DNA of 29,197 nucleotides from Methanothrix sp. (lineage in GTDB: Archaea > Halobacteriota > Methanosarcinia > Methanotrichales > Methanotrichaceae): assembly GCA_040770465.1 (NCBI GenBank), contig JAXGJB010000037.1, positions 1 through 29,197 of the forward strand, written 5' to 3'. The translations under genes were made by a program, and so were the position numbers. This document shows, in pieces, positions 1-9,734 of the stretch. Every line of letters begins with the position of its first letter. Position 1 is the stretch's first letter. The notes below the pieces were generated by a model that saw only the letters and a program-made list of their open reading frames with translations, was not told where the DNA came from and ran no database searches.

Positions 1-316
1 CGACGACGATGTCGGAGAAGATCGTCACCATCCGCCTCGCCTGGCTTTTGTTTCGAATGGCGAGCCCCTCCAGGGCCGCAAGAGCTAGCCTTCCCGCCAT
101 CTCCAGGGACCAGGGGCAGAAGAGGTAGTGGACGATCAGATGGTCGAAGAGGTTCTCCAGATACCGGTCGCCTTTGGCGATGGTCTCAGAATCGATGACT
201 ATCCGATAGTTTCGAAAGGGGAAGCCCCTGCCATCTTCGCTCTCGTCGATGATGGGCCTTGGGAGCTGGGGCCGATGCCAGTTGGACCTGGATTTTTCCC
301 AGATCTCAAGGAGCAT
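1..316 (-). CDS. Partial CDS running off the left edge; N-terminus of a probable MoxR-partner (VWA/metallopeptidase-like) protein
   Basis: Not in the ORF track. Manual translation from ATG at 316 is open to the edge: MLLEIWEKSRSNWHRPQLPRP...ENLFDHLIVHYLFCPWS...IFSDIVV. Start overlaps the stop of 306..1163. HLIVHYxxCP resembles the HExxHxxxCP motif of MoxR-associated proteins; a VWA domain is inferred, not seen. Confidence 0.65.
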   Translation of the reverse strand, partial: MLLEIWEKSRSNWHRPQLPRPIIDESEDGRGFPFRNYRIVIDSETIAKGDRYLENLFDHLIVHYLFCPWSLEMAGRLALAALEGLAIRNKSQARRMVTIFSDIVV

Positions 317-1163
317 CTCTTCTGAGCAGCTTGCCGCCAACCTTCTCAGCTCCTGCCTCGTCGCCGTAGTCCTCGGCCACTATAAGGCCGCCCTTCATCC
401 TCCAGCCCGCCCTGGCTCCGGTCCGGCCCTCGACGGAGATGGCGCCGCCGCTCATCATGATCCCCAGGTACTCGCCGGCATCTTTGCCGAGCCTTATCCG
501 TCCCGACCGCATCAGCCAGCCGGCCCTCGCCCCGGCCCTCCCCTTGACCGCGAGACTGCCGCCGGAGTTTCCGACCCCAAGATAATTTCCGGCGTCTCCC
601 TTTACGACACCCCAGCCGCCGGCCATATTCCTGAAGGCGTAGTCGCCGCAGGAGGAGCAGACGATCCCTCCGCCTTTCATCTCCTGGCCCAGGTAGTCGC
701 CGGCGCTGCCGCGGACAAAAATCCTCCCTCCCGACATCTTCTCTCCCAGGTGGTGGGCTCTCCTCCTCGCAGTCCTGGCTGCGCCATCCGAGCCCTTCGC
801 CTTCAGCCCGGCGGCCGGGGCGTTCTCGTCCAGAATTATCGTACCCCGCCGGAGTTCCAGCCCGGCATAGTTTTGTGGCAGTATGACCAGAGGCGCTGGG
901 AGCCTCTCGGCCGCAAGGCTTGAAAGAATCCCCCAGATCGTCTCCTCTCGTCTCCCTTTGGGCGTGGCCGAGACGACCAGGTCGACGATCGAGCCCGCCT
1001 CCTTGGGCGCAAGCTCCTCCACCTCCGCCCTCTTTGGCCTCTCTTTCAGCCTCTTGGCCAGATCTTCAAATCCCAGGAGAAACTCGCCCCTCTTCTCGTC
1101 GAGCCTCTTCTTCTCTCGGACCTTCCCGCCGTAGGCCTGGTCCATGAACCCCGACAGCTTCAA
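306..1163 (-). CDS. GXGXG beta-helix protein (FwdC/FmdC / glutamate synthase C-terminal domain-like)
   Basis: Repeated GxxMxGGxIxVxGxAG units (GEKMSGGRIFVRGSAGDYLGQEMKGGGI, GIMMSGGAISVEGRTG). TTG start overlaps the upstream TGA (TTGA). Confidence 0.8.
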   Translation of the reverse strand: MKLSGFMDQAYGGKVREKKRLDEKRGEFLLGFEDLAKRLKERPKRAEVEELAPKEAGSIVDLVVSATPKGRREETIWGILSSLAAERLPAPLVILPQNYAGLELRRGTIILDENAPAAGLKAKGSDGAARTARRRAHHLGEKMSGGRIFVRGSAGDYLGQEMKGGGIVCSSCGDYAFRNMAGGWGVVKGDAGNYLGVGNSGGSLAVKGRAGARAGWLMRSGRIRLGKDAGEYLGIMMSGGAISVEGRTGARAGWRMKGGLIVAEDYGDEAGAEKVGGKLLRRDAP

Positions 1164-2476
1164 ACCATCCTCTCCAGGGCTCTCATGTAGTCGAGCCTGG
1201 CTATCGGGTCGTCGTTCTCCGATAGCCTCTCGGCCGCCTCCCTCGGCGAGATCTCGCCATCGACGGCCCTGGCAAAGATCATGTTCATCTCGCCCCGCTC
1301 GTTCAGGGTCCGGTTGATGCTCTTCTCGACGAGATCTTTAACAAACTCGAGGCGCCTCGCCCCGTAGTAGGGGGGCCGCTCCAGCATCGTCCTGTTGGGG
1401 GATACCCGGTGCCAGATGACGTAGGGGGCGACGGCCCTCAAAACCTCGATCTTGCCTTCCGAGCTGCCGAGGCCCAAAAGAAAGGAAATCGCCCTGGTGT
1501 AAGACCGCAGGTCCTGCCTCACCCTGTCGGAGAGCCCCTCGTCGACCTGCCAGCAGCAGACCTCGGGGTTGTTGAAGTAGTGGCATCCGGCGCATAGCCC
1601 CCGGCTCGGCTTCGACCCGCCGGAGAGCTGGGTCTTATCGAAGGCTGGAGCCCTCTCGCATAGGGTGAAATCCCTCAACAGCGAGATTATCGCAAGCTCC
1701 ACCTGGCTGTCCAGGCTGACCGAAGCGACCATTCCGGGAAGGGCATCGAACTCCTCGATGGTCAGCCGAGGCAGCGACTCGGCCAGCTCCCAGACCTCTT
1801 TTTTCCTCTCGGCGAGGGCGAGGCCTGCGAGAAAGTCGGGCTGGGTCGCAGGAACCGAGATCGAAATCCGATCGAGGAGGGCCTCGTCCAGGGGGTAGGT
1901 CGAGCTGAAGTCGGGGTTCATGGTGGCGAAGTAGCAGGTGTCCCCAATCTCCAGGGTCTCTCCTGCGTAGCCGACCTTCCTCTTCTGGAGAAGCTCGAGA
2001 AAGAGGTTCTGCTTTCCCGATGGAAAGCGGTTGATCTCGTTTATCACCTTCCACCGGGACCTCGCCCATGGGGTCCAGAGGACCTTTATGGCGCCGCCAT
2101 CTTCGGAGAGGAACGATGACCCCGAACCCGACGGCCGCGACGACGCAGGGGGACAGGACCACTGCCGGGGGTCGATGAACCCCACCATCTTCTCCTCGGT
2201 CTGCTCGGGGTGGCCTGTGATCATCAGGTTCTCGACCTCATCGAAGGATAAGCCGGTGAAGGCTGACCCCAAAAGGTTCACCAGGGTCGTCTTGTTCGCC
2301 CCCATCCCGCCGTAGAGGAGGGCCGCCCGGTTTCGCAGACAGGCGTTGGCAAGGGAGATGTAGAGCAGGCCGTTCACCTTCCGGTCGCCAACCGAAAGGT
2401 CGGCTGGACCGACGTGAAGCCGCAGCTCCTCCAGGGCAAGGGCCAAGTCGTCGATCTTCCGCAGAGGGTCTGGCAT
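1160..2476 (-). CDS. MoxR-like AAA+ ATPase with atypical Walker motifs and a Cys cluster
   Basis: LLYGGMGANKTT (Walker A-like), KVINEINR (Walker B-like), QNLFLELLQ, FATMNP, TYPLDEALLDRI (MoxR sensor/Arg-finger pattern). Confidence 0.8.
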   Translation of the reverse strand: MPDPLRKIDDLALALEELRLHVGPADLSVGDRKVNGLLYISLANACLRNRAALLYGGMGANKTTLVNLLGSAFTGLSFDEVENLMITGHPEQTEEKMVGFIDPRQWSCPPASSRPSGSGSSFLSEDGGAIKVLWTPWARSRWKVINEINRFPSGKQNLFLELLQKRKVGYAGETLEIGDTCYFATMNPDFSSTYPLDEALLDRISISVPATQPDFLAGLALAERKKEVWELAESLPRLTIEEFDALPGMVASVSLDSQVELAIISLLRDFTLCERAPAFDKTQLSGGSKPSRGLCAGCHYFNNPEVCCWQVDEGLSDRVRQDLRSYTRAISFLLGLGSSEGKIEVLRAVAPYVIWHRVSPNRTMLERPPYYGARRLEFVKDLVEKSINRTLNERGEMNMIFARAVDGEISPREAAERLSENDDPIARLDYMRALERMV

Positions 2477-2993
2477 ATGCTCGAAAAGGGGGATCTGGTC
2501 TTATTTAAAGGAGACGAAGAGGGGAAAAGGGGGGAAAGAGGGAGACGATTCAAAGAGACGAAAGCTTGGAAGGGATGAATAAAAAAATAGAGGGTAAAGG
2601 AGGGAGGAAATGGCACGTCACATGCCGTACTATACTTCGGTATTCGTCGAATATAAAGGTTTCGGTTGGAGATGTCCATATTAGCCAGAAGAAGGAAACG
2701 CCCCCATCTGAAAAATGCTGAGATCTAAATGAGATATCATCTCTTTTTCCATCGCTCCCCTCAAAATCGTCTCATCGATCCCGCCGCAGAACTGATGTTT
2801 TCAATCGTCCTTTCGACCAAAAGCTGCTGGATCGTGGTCTACTCGGAGACCGCCTAGATTTTGAAGACGGGTTTAAAATGAATACTGCAGCCTGCCGCGG
2901 TGTATGCCATCGCCAGTTCGACGATATATCGGAAAAATACCCAAAAGGCTATTAATCATCACCTACGAAACCAAATATTGGAGGATGAGACTC

Positions 2994-3737
2994 ATGGAAC
3001 GGATGAGGGGCTTAACGCTCCGGTTATCGATGGCTCTCCTGGTTCTGCTGATCGCAAACCAGGCCTTTGCCGACAGTGTGGAGATGAGCGACGACTCCGC
3101 GACAATATCAGATTCGTTGCTTGGCAACAGGATACCAAAGCACTACTTTGTGACCTCGGGCAGTGGGGACACGGATATCGGCCCCGGCGACGACCCCTGG
3201 GAGACGGGATCTTACGATCTCGCTTTGTTGGCCGCCGGGATCGCAAACTTCAACGTCATCCCTTACACGTCTGTTCTGCCGCCAGAATCGGTGGAGATCC
3301 CCATAGACGAGGCCCGGAATTTCTTCCATCACGGAGCCGCCATCGAGGTTATCATGGCCTCTGTCAACGGTGAGAAGGGCGACATGCTCTGCACCGGCGT
3401 CGGAAGGATTCATGTCAGGAGGATATCGGACGACGAGCACATTGGAGGATTTGCGGCAGAGTACGAAAAGAGGTACACCGGCAACGAGACGATATCAGTA
3501 GAAGAGGCAGAAGAGGAAGCTTTGAAGATGCTGAACATCTCCCTGATGGGCGAGTGCAACAGGCGCTATAGCAGCGATGAGTACGAGTTCTTCGATGAGA
3601 ACTTCACAGTCAACTGCTTTGAGGTCCAGAACCTCTACGGAACGTCCCTGGTCGCCCTATGCTGGGTGAGCTACATCTACCCGCAGCTCGACGATCGTGA
3701 ATTTTCGTTTTCGAATAGCTCAGAGGAGGTTCCATAA
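2994..3737 (+). CDS. pdaD: Pyruvoyl-dependent arginine decarboxylase with N-terminal signal peptide
   Basis: SYDLALLAAGIANFNVIPYTSVLP contains the self-cleavage Thr-Ser site; also FHHGAAIEVIMA and GGFAAEY. Start moved to ATG 2994 (GGAGG at 2980-2984). N-terminus has an h-region and AFA cleavage site. Confidence 0.8.
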   Translation: MERMRGLTLRLSMALLVLLIANQAFADSVEMSDDSATISDSLLGNRIPKHYFVTSGSGDTDIGPGDDPWETGSYDLALLAAGIANFNVIPYTSVLPPESVEIPIDEARNFFHHGAAIEVIMASVNGEKGDMLCTGVGRIHVRRISDDEHIGGFAAEYEKRYTGNETISVEEAEEEALKMLNISLMGECNRRYSSDEYEFFDENFTVNCFEVQNLYGTSLVALCWVSYIYPQLDDREFSFSNSSEEVP

Positions 3738-3835
3738 CCGTTCGTCGTCCTAAATCGAATCTTGTCGAACAACGGGTTCGATATCCAAAGATCTCGGAGA
3801 ATGGACGGAGATCATCAAGAAAAAAAGGTGAAATA

Positions 3836-5701
3836 ATGACATCAGGATGGAGATTCTTCGGATCGTCAGCCTTCCTGGCGATCCTACTGATATTGTCTGT
3901 AACATCTCAGGGATGTACAACTTTCATCATAACTCCGGGGGCGAGCAAAGACGGCTCGATGTACCTTGGCCATACCAACGACGGATACGGTCGCGGCGTT
4001 CTCGGCCACAACCTGACCGATGACGACATCAAGGTCATCTACGTGCAGGCGGAAGACCACGCGAACGGTTCTGAGAGAGCTGTACGCTTCGACCCGAACT
4101 CTGGGTCTGACGAGCCGACGCACAGTGCAAGCACAGATGATCCAGACGTTGTCTACATACCAGAGGTGAATCACACCTACGGCTACCTGACCGGCAGCTA
4201 CGGCATTATGAATGAACGACAGCTGATGTGTAGCGAGTGCACCGACTACGCAAAGGTCCAGCCGAACTACGAGCCTGAAAAACGGATCTTCTACAGCTCT
4301 GAGCTCTCCAACATCGCCCTTGAGAGGTGCACCGGCGCGAAAGAGGCCGTCGAGCTGGTGGGGTCCCTCATCGACGATTACGGATACTACGGAACCGGAG
4401 AGACTCTTCTCTTCGCCGACCCCGAGGAGGCGTGGGTGATCGAGATGTGCGGCTATGACCTCAACGCTAGCGGCACCGCCTACGATCCGAAGAGCAGTGG
4501 CGGAGGGCTCTGGGTGGCAAAGAAGGTGGTCGACGGGGAGGTCTTCGCGGCACCAAACATTTTCCGGATCAGGGAGGTGAACACCTCAGATCCCGACATC
4601 CTCTGCTCAGAGAACCTGATGCAGGTGGCCCAGGATAACCACTGGTGGAATCCTGAGGACGGTCCCCTCGACTGGCTGAAGACCGTCTCCACTGGTGAGT
4701 ACTCTCATCCTTACTACTCGCTAGCCCGCGTCTGGAGCGTCTACAATCGGATAGCCCCCTCCCGAAACTTCAGCCCTTACGTCGAGGAGACGTGGTCGCA
4801 GGAGTACCCCTTCTCGGTGAGGCCCGATGAGAAGCTTGGAACTGAAGACGCCCTGTTGATCTTCCGGGACCACTACGAGGGCACAGTCTTCGACCTGACG
4901 ACAGGGATGGCGGCAGGACCTTACGGGAACCCATACAGAAACCGTGGACCCTTTGATGACCACGACAAATTCGAGCCCGGTGAGATAAAACCAGGTGTCT
5001 GGCCCCGACCGGTGTCTGCTTTCTTCTGCAGTTACAGCTACGTCACCCAGGGCCGAAGCTGGCTTCCCGACCCCATAGGTGGAGTCTGCTGGTTCGGATT
5101 TGCCCAGCCCTACGAAACCTGTTACATGCCAATCCGTGCAGGGGTCAGCTCCATCCCAGAAGAGTTCAGCTACGGCAACAGGTCAGTCTTCGACAGGAAC
5201 TCTGCCTGGTGGGCTTTCAACTTCGTTACCAACTGGGCCTGCCTCCGCTACGACTCCATGATAGAGGATATCCAGATTGAGCAGAGACGGATAGAGGCAG
5301 AAGAGGTTTCAAACCAGGCCGCGATTGACCAGCAAGCCCTCGAGTTGCTCGAGATAGATGGAATCGAGGCGTCTTGCGAGTTTCTGACAGACAATTGCAC
5401 AGAAAATGCTCTTTCAGTCCTCGATGACTGGTGGGCCCTTGCAGACCGGCTCATCGTCAAGTACAGCAACGGCATGATCAACGACTTCGAGAACGAGACT
5501 ACCGTCCTTGGAGGATACCCGAATTGGTGGCTCAACGATACCGGGTATCAGTACGGCCCAAGGATTTATGAGATCGAGGAGCTTCGCCAGCTGGATGGGG
5601 TCGTCTACGTTGATGAGACGGTCCAGACCGATCCCGGGACGGAGCTGGAGTACATCCGAGAACATCAGTGTCCGGCATGTAGCGAGGTCGACGAGGAATA
5701 A
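3836..5701 (+). CDS. Secreted C69-family dipeptidase (Ntn hydrolase)
   Basis: Signal peptide followed by GCTTFII (Cys nucleophile), GIMNERQL, IALERC, YGYYGTGETLLFADPEEAWVIE, RDHYEGT, SAWWAFNFVTN. Confidence 0.9.
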   Translation: MTSGWRFFGSSAFLAILLILSVTSQGCTTFIITPGASKDGSMYLGHTNDGYGRGVLGHNLTDDDIKVIYVQAEDHANGSERAVRFDPNSGSDEPTHSASTDDPDVVYIPEVNHTYGYLTGSYGIMNERQLMCSECTDYAKVQPNYEPEKRIFYSSELSNIALERCTGAKEAVELVGSLIDDYGYYGTGETLLFADPEEAWVIEMCGYDLNASGTAYDPKSSGGGLWVAKKVVDGEVFAAPNIFRIREVNTSDPDILCSENLMQVAQDNHWWNPEDGPLDWLKTVSTGEYSHPYYSLARVWSVYNRIAPSRNFSPYVEETWSQEYPFSVRPDEKLGTEDALLIFRDHYEGTVFDLTTGMAAGPYGNPYRNRGPFDDHDKFEPGEIKPGVWPRPVSAFFCSYSYVTQGRSWLPDPIGGVCWFGFAQPYETCYMPIRAGVSSIPEEFSYGNRSVFDRNSAWWAFNFVTNWACLRYDSMIEDIQIEQRRIEAEEVSNQAAIDQQALELLEIDGIEASCEFLTDNCTENALSVLDDWWALADRLIVKYSNGMINDFENETTVLGGYPNWWLNDTGYQYGPRIYEIEELRQLDGVVYVDETVQTDPGTELEYIREHQCPACSEVDEE

Positions 5702-5735
5702 GATCCCTTCTCAGCCGTCCGAGCAAAAAGATAGA

Positions 5736-5772
5736 TCCCTGGCCTTCGGTCGGGGACCTTTTATCTCTTTTT
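5736..5772 (+). terminator. Possible terminator after the C69 peptidase
   Basis: Hairpin tccctggcc-ttc-ggtcgggga (with G:U pairs) followed by a T-rich tract, ~35 bp after the stop. Confidence 0.4.
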
Positions 5773-5982
5773 ATGGAAGATTCTTGGAAAATCTGATAAG
5801 CCTCGGCCGGAGTTCGTCTTCGGTAGTCGCCCCCCAATCTTCATCTGCTTGAACCTGGATTAGAGGGAGAGTACCGAAGACCGAGCATGAGAAAAGCGAT
5901 CAGGAAGTAAAGGCGATCGAAGAACTCGAAGAGAATCGAATACGAGATCTGAATTAAGAAAGTAAGAAACGAGGGAACAAAG

Positions 5983-6702
5983 ATGCCTGAAGACTCCACC
6001 ATCCGATGTTACGATCGCCAAGCTGCTGCCTACGACCTCTACCAGTCGACGGTGGTCCCCGAGTACGAGACCGCCATAGAGACGACGGCCCTGATCGTGG
6101 AGCGGCTCCTCGGCAGCGGCCCGCGGGTTCTTGACCTGGGATGCGGCACCGGGAACGCCTCGGCCGCGATCCTGAAGAGGTCGCCGGCAGCGAAGATCTT
6201 TCTTCTGGACGGCTCCATCTCCATGGTGGAGGCGGCGAAAGAGAAGATCGGTGCGACCTCGCCGGGATCGGTGATCGGATCAAAGGTCGCAGACATCGCC
6301 GCCGAGGACTGGGATCGAGACCTGGGCCTAGCCCCCGGCGAGTTTGACGCCGTCGTCTCCACCCTCGTCCTTGAGCACCTGGACTTCGAGAGCTACAGAG
6401 CCGCCATCGGAAAGTGCTTCGACCTTCTCAGGCCCGGAGGATGGCTGATCGCTGTCGAGGGCTACGCCGAAGAAGAGAGCGATATGGCGGGGTGGTTCTC
6501 CGAGCTGATGGAGGCGAGAAAAGAGCTGATCGATGACCCTGAGCTCTCCGATTTCGTATCCTGGCTGCGGGCAAAGGAGGAGATCCACTACTACACCAGC
6601 AAGGACCAGAAGACGGTCTGGTGGAGAAAGGCGGGGTTCGATCGGGTCCACGTCCTCTGGCAGTACCTCTGCCTCGCCCTGATGGCGGGGCGAAGGCCTT
6701 GA
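5983..6702 (+). CDS. Class I SAM-dependent methyltransferase
   Basis: Motif I VLDLGCGTG, DGSISM, FDAVVSTLVLEHL, LLRPGGWL. Confidence 0.9.
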   Translation: MPEDSTIRCYDRQAAAYDLYQSTVVPEYETAIETTALIVERLLGSGPRVLDLGCGTGNASAAILKRSPAAKIFLLDGSISMVEAAKEKIGATSPGSVIGSKVADIAAEDWDRDLGLAPGEFDAVVSTLVLEHLDFESYRAAIGKCFDLLRPGGWLIAVEGYAEEESDMAGWFSELMEARKELIDDPELSDFVSWLRAKEEIHYYTSKDQKTVWWRKAGFDRVHVLWQYLCLALMAGRRP

Positions 6703-6864
6703 TCCGAAAGCTTCGCGTCGCCATCAAAGAGAGAGGAAATCCGTTTTATCGAGCCGAAATAACTGAGTTAATATCGCCGGATCGGTTGCTAACAATTATA
6801 TAATCTATAGCCGAAAGTAGTTCTTCGAGCGTCGGCTGAGAGCAGGAGAAAGCGGAGGGTTCGG

Positions 6865-7698
6865 ATGCATCAGATTGTAAGGCGAGAAGAGATGGCGAGC
6901 GGGAACGTGATCCTGAACGAGATCGAGGCGCCCTTGATAGCCAGGAAGGCGAAGCCCGGCCAGTTCGTGATCCTCAAGGCCGATGAGAGGGGAGAGCGGA
7001 TACCCCTCACCATGGCCGATACGGACCCGGAACGTGGGACCATAACCGTGATCTACAAAGTCGTAGGCAAGTCCACGGAGCTCTTCAAGGGACTGAAAGA
7101 GGGCGACTCCTACCAGGACGCCGTCGGCCCTCTGGGCCAGCCGACCCATCTTGAAAAGGTTGGGACGGTCGCCTGTGTCGGAGGGGGAACGGGCGTCGCC
7201 GTCCTCTACCCCATCACCCGGGGCCTGAAGAGGGCAGGCAACAGGGTCATCAGCATCATCGGAGCCCGGACCGCCGACCGGATAATCCTGGAGGAGGAGA
7301 TGAGGGCCGTCTCCGATGATCTCTTCGTCTGTACCGACGACGGATCACGAGGTCGCAAGGGCTTCGTCACCGAGATCCTGCAGGAGGTTCTGGAGGAGGA
7401 GACCCTGGACCTCGCCGTCGCAGTGGGGCCGGTCCTGATGATGAAGCTCATCTCCGAGATTACGAGGCCCCGCGGCGTCAAGACGATCGTCAGCCTCAAC
7501 CCCATCATGATCGACGGGACGGGAATGTGCGGAGGCTGCCGGGTTTTGGTCGATGGAGAGAACAAGTTCGCCTGCGTCGACGGGCCCGAGTTCGACGGCC
7601 ACAAGGTAGATTTCGATCAGCTCATGCAGCGGCTCGGGGCCTATCAGTCGGAGGAGAGGGAGAGCTCAGAGGCTCACAAGTGCAGGCTCGACAGGTAA
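6865..7698 (+). CDS. nfnA: NfnA/SudB: FAD and [2Fe-2S] small subunit of NADH-dependent ferredoxin:NADP+ oxidoreductase
   Basis: KPGQFVIL, GERIPLT, GPLG, VGGGTG, and D-x4-C-x2-C-x11-C (DGTGMCGGCRV...FACVDGPEFD). Confidence 0.9.
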   Translation: MHQIVRREEMASGNVILNEIEAPLIARKAKPGQFVILKADERGERIPLTMADTDPERGTITVIYKVVGKSTELFKGLKEGDSYQDAVGPLGQPTHLEKVGTVACVGGGTGVAVLYPITRGLKRAGNRVISIIGARTADRIILEEEMRAVSDDLFVCTDDGSRGRKGFVTEILQEVLEEETLDLAVAVGPVLMMKLISEITRPRGVKTIVSLNPIMIDGTGMCGGCRVLVDGENKFACVDGPEFDGHKVDFDQLMQRLGAYQSEERESSEAHKCRLDR

Positions 7699-7782
7699 CC
7701 GGCGACGGGGGCTCAAAAGCTCGCCTCATCAGCTCGCCGATCTTTGGTCCGATCTGAAGTTGTATTTGAATTAAGGGGAGCT

Positions 7783-9219
7783 ATGGCGGAAAACGAGGAT
7801 GTAACCGAGAAGAAGAACCGGGTCGCCATGCCCGAGCAGGAGCCGGACGAGAGGAGGAGAAACTTCCAGGAGGTCCCTCTCGGGTACACTCCAGAGATGG
7901 CGGTGAAGGAGGCGTCCCGATGTCTCCAGTGCAAATCGCCAACCTGCATTGAGGGCTGCCCCGTGGAGATCGATATCCCCGCCTTCGTCAGGCTCATAAA
8001 AGATGAGAAGTTCGACGAGGCGATCAGGAAGATATGGGAGAAGAACCGGCTGCCGGCAATCTGCGGCCGGGTCTGCCCTCAAGAGAGCCAGTGCGAGGGA
8101 AGGTGCGTCCTAAAAAAGAAGGGGCGGCCGATCGCCATCGGAAACCTCGAGAGGTTCGCCGCCGACTTCGCTCGCGAAAAGGGCGCGAAGGACAGCTCGC
8201 CCAAGCCCGAGCCTTCGGGAAAGAAGGTCGCCATCGTCGGGTCGGGGCCCGCGGGCCTGACCGCCGCTTCTGACCTGACCGCCAGGGGCCATCAGGTCAC
8301 GATCTTTGAGGCGCTCCACAAGCCCGGCGGCGTCCTCGTCTACGGGATCCCGGAGTTTCGGCTGCCCAAGGAGATCGTCGCCGACGAAGTGGAATCTCTT
8401 GAGGAGCAGGGAGCTGAGATCAGGTGCAACACCGTCATCGGCCGAACCATTACCATCGATGAGCTCTTCGAAGAGGGGTACGATGCGATCTTTATCGGGG
8501 TCGGGGCTGGACTTCCCAAGTTCATGAACATCCCGGGCGAGAACCTGGTGGGGATACTCTCCGCCAACGAGTACCTGACCCGGGCAAACCTGATGAAGGC
8601 ATACCAGTTTCCCGAGTATGACACCCCCATACCAAAGGGAAAGAACGTCGTCGTTCTGGGGGCGGGAAACGTGGCCATGGACTCGGCCCGGACCGCCTTG
8701 AGGCTCGGGGCCGACTCGGTCCGGATAGTCTACCGCCGCTCCCGGGATGAGATGCCGGCACGATCCGCCGAGATCCACCACGCCGAGGAGGAGGGGGTCG
8801 AGTTTCTCCTCCTCACAAACCCCACCCGATTTCTCGGCGACGACCATGGCCGGGTGGTGGGGATGGAGTGCATCAGGATGGAGCTTGGCGAGCCGGACGC
8901 CTCGGGCAGGCGGAGGCCGGTTCCAATCGAGGGCTCGGAGTTTGAGATCCCCTGCGACCTGGTCATCGTCGCCATAGGGACCGAAGCAAACCCTCTTCTG
9001 ACCCGCTCCACCGATGGGCTGGAGCTGAACCGCTGGGGCTACATCGTGGCCGACCCCGAGACGGGAAAGACGAGCATCGAAGGGGTCTGGGCTGGCGGCG
9101 ACATCGTCACCGGCTCGGCGACGGTGATCGAGGCGATGGGCGCCGGGAGGAGGGCCGCAAGGTCGATCCACGAGCGCCTGACCCGCGATCGTCAGCCCTC
9201 AAAGTCCGTGGAAGACTGA
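7783..9219 (+). CDS. nfnB: NfnB/SudA (GltD-like) FAD and 2x[4Fe-4S] large subunit
   Basis: EASRCLQC..C..GCP, CGRVCPQESQCE, GSGPAG, YGIPEFRLPK, GAGNVAMD, GGDIVTGSATVI. Start moved to ATG 7783 (AAGGGGAG upstream). Adjacent to nfnA. Confidence 0.9.
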   Translation: MAENEDVTEKKNRVAMPEQEPDERRRNFQEVPLGYTPEMAVKEASRCLQCKSPTCIEGCPVEIDIPAFVRLIKDEKFDEAIRKIWEKNRLPAICGRVCPQESQCEGRCVLKKKGRPIAIGNLERFAADFAREKGAKDSSPKPEPSGKKVAIVGSGPAGLTAASDLTARGHQVTIFEALHKPGGVLVYGIPEFRLPKEIVADEVESLEEQGAEIRCNTVIGRTITIDELFEEGYDAIFIGVGAGLPKFMNIPGENLVGILSANEYLTRANLMKAYQFPEYDTPIPKGKNVVVLGAGNVAMDSARTALRLGADSVRIVYRRSRDEMPARSAEIHHAEEEGVEFLLLTNPTRFLGDDHGRVVGMECIRMELGEPDASGRRRPVPIEGSEFEIPCDLVIVAIGTEANPLLTRSTDGLELNRWGYIVADPETGKTSIEGVWAGGDIVTGSATVIEAMGAGRRAARSIHERLTRDRQPSKSVED

Positions 9220-9236
9220 AATCAGTTGGTCGAAGC

Positions 9237-9734
9237 ATGCAGACCTTTCTCCCCTACCCCGACTTCAAGAGGTCCGCCGAGGTGCTGGACAGGCAGCGTC
9301 TGGGAAAGCAGAGGTCGGAGGCCCTGGTCCTCCTCCGGATCTGCCGGGACGGCAAGAGCCGGTGGAGGAATCACCCCATATGGAAGATGTGGTCCAAAAA
9401 CCCCGAGGCTCTCGCCCTCTACGGCGTCGTCATCTGCGAGGAGTGGACGAGACGGGGCTACAGGGACACCTGCAAGGAGAAGATCCTGGCCGCTAACCGG
9501 GAGATGGGCGGCGCAGAGCTGGAGGAGCTCCGCCGTAGGTACGAGGAACGAGAGGAGGGATTTCTCCCGTCGTGGTTCGGCTCCGAGGAGCTTCACGCCT
9601 CTCATCGGTCAAATCTCCTCCGAAAGGACCAGGACCACTATTCTGCCTTCGGCTGGATCGAGCCGAAGGATCTCTGCTACGTCTGGCCCGTTCCTGAGGA
9701 TTCGAGAGGCGAAGAGGAAGAAGAAGAGGGCTAG
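9237..9734 (+). CDS. MSMEG_6728-family protein (pyrimidine-dimer glycosylase / T4 endonuclease V-like)
   Basis: MQTFLPYPDF..SA.VLD..RLGKQR.E, NHP..KMW, PSWFG...LHASHRSNLLRKD, YVWP. Confidence 0.8.
   Translation: MQTFLPYPDFKRSAEVLDRQRLGKQRSEALVLLRICRDGKSRWRNHPIWKMWSKNPEALALYGVVICEEWTRRGYRDTCKEKILAANREMGGAELEELRRRYEEREEGFLPSWFGSEELHASHRSNLLRKDQDHYSAFGWIEPKDLCYVWPVPEDSRGEEEEEEG

Noticed and set aside
306-1163. True formylmethanofuran dehydrogenase subunit C (fwdC/fmdC)
   Set aside because: No fwdA/B/D neighbours and an unrelated N-terminus; only the GXGXG repeat is supported.
8110-9171. Long antisense/alternative-frame ORFs (also 249..923, 9226..9918, 13928..14578, 17847..18485, 24098..24877, 27817..28404)
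   Set aside because: Shadows of well-supported genes in GC-rich DNA, with no recognisable motifs.
7783-9219. Glutamate synthase small subunit (gltD)
   Set aside because: Paired with an NfnA/SudB-type gene and no large subunit nearby; NfnB fits better.
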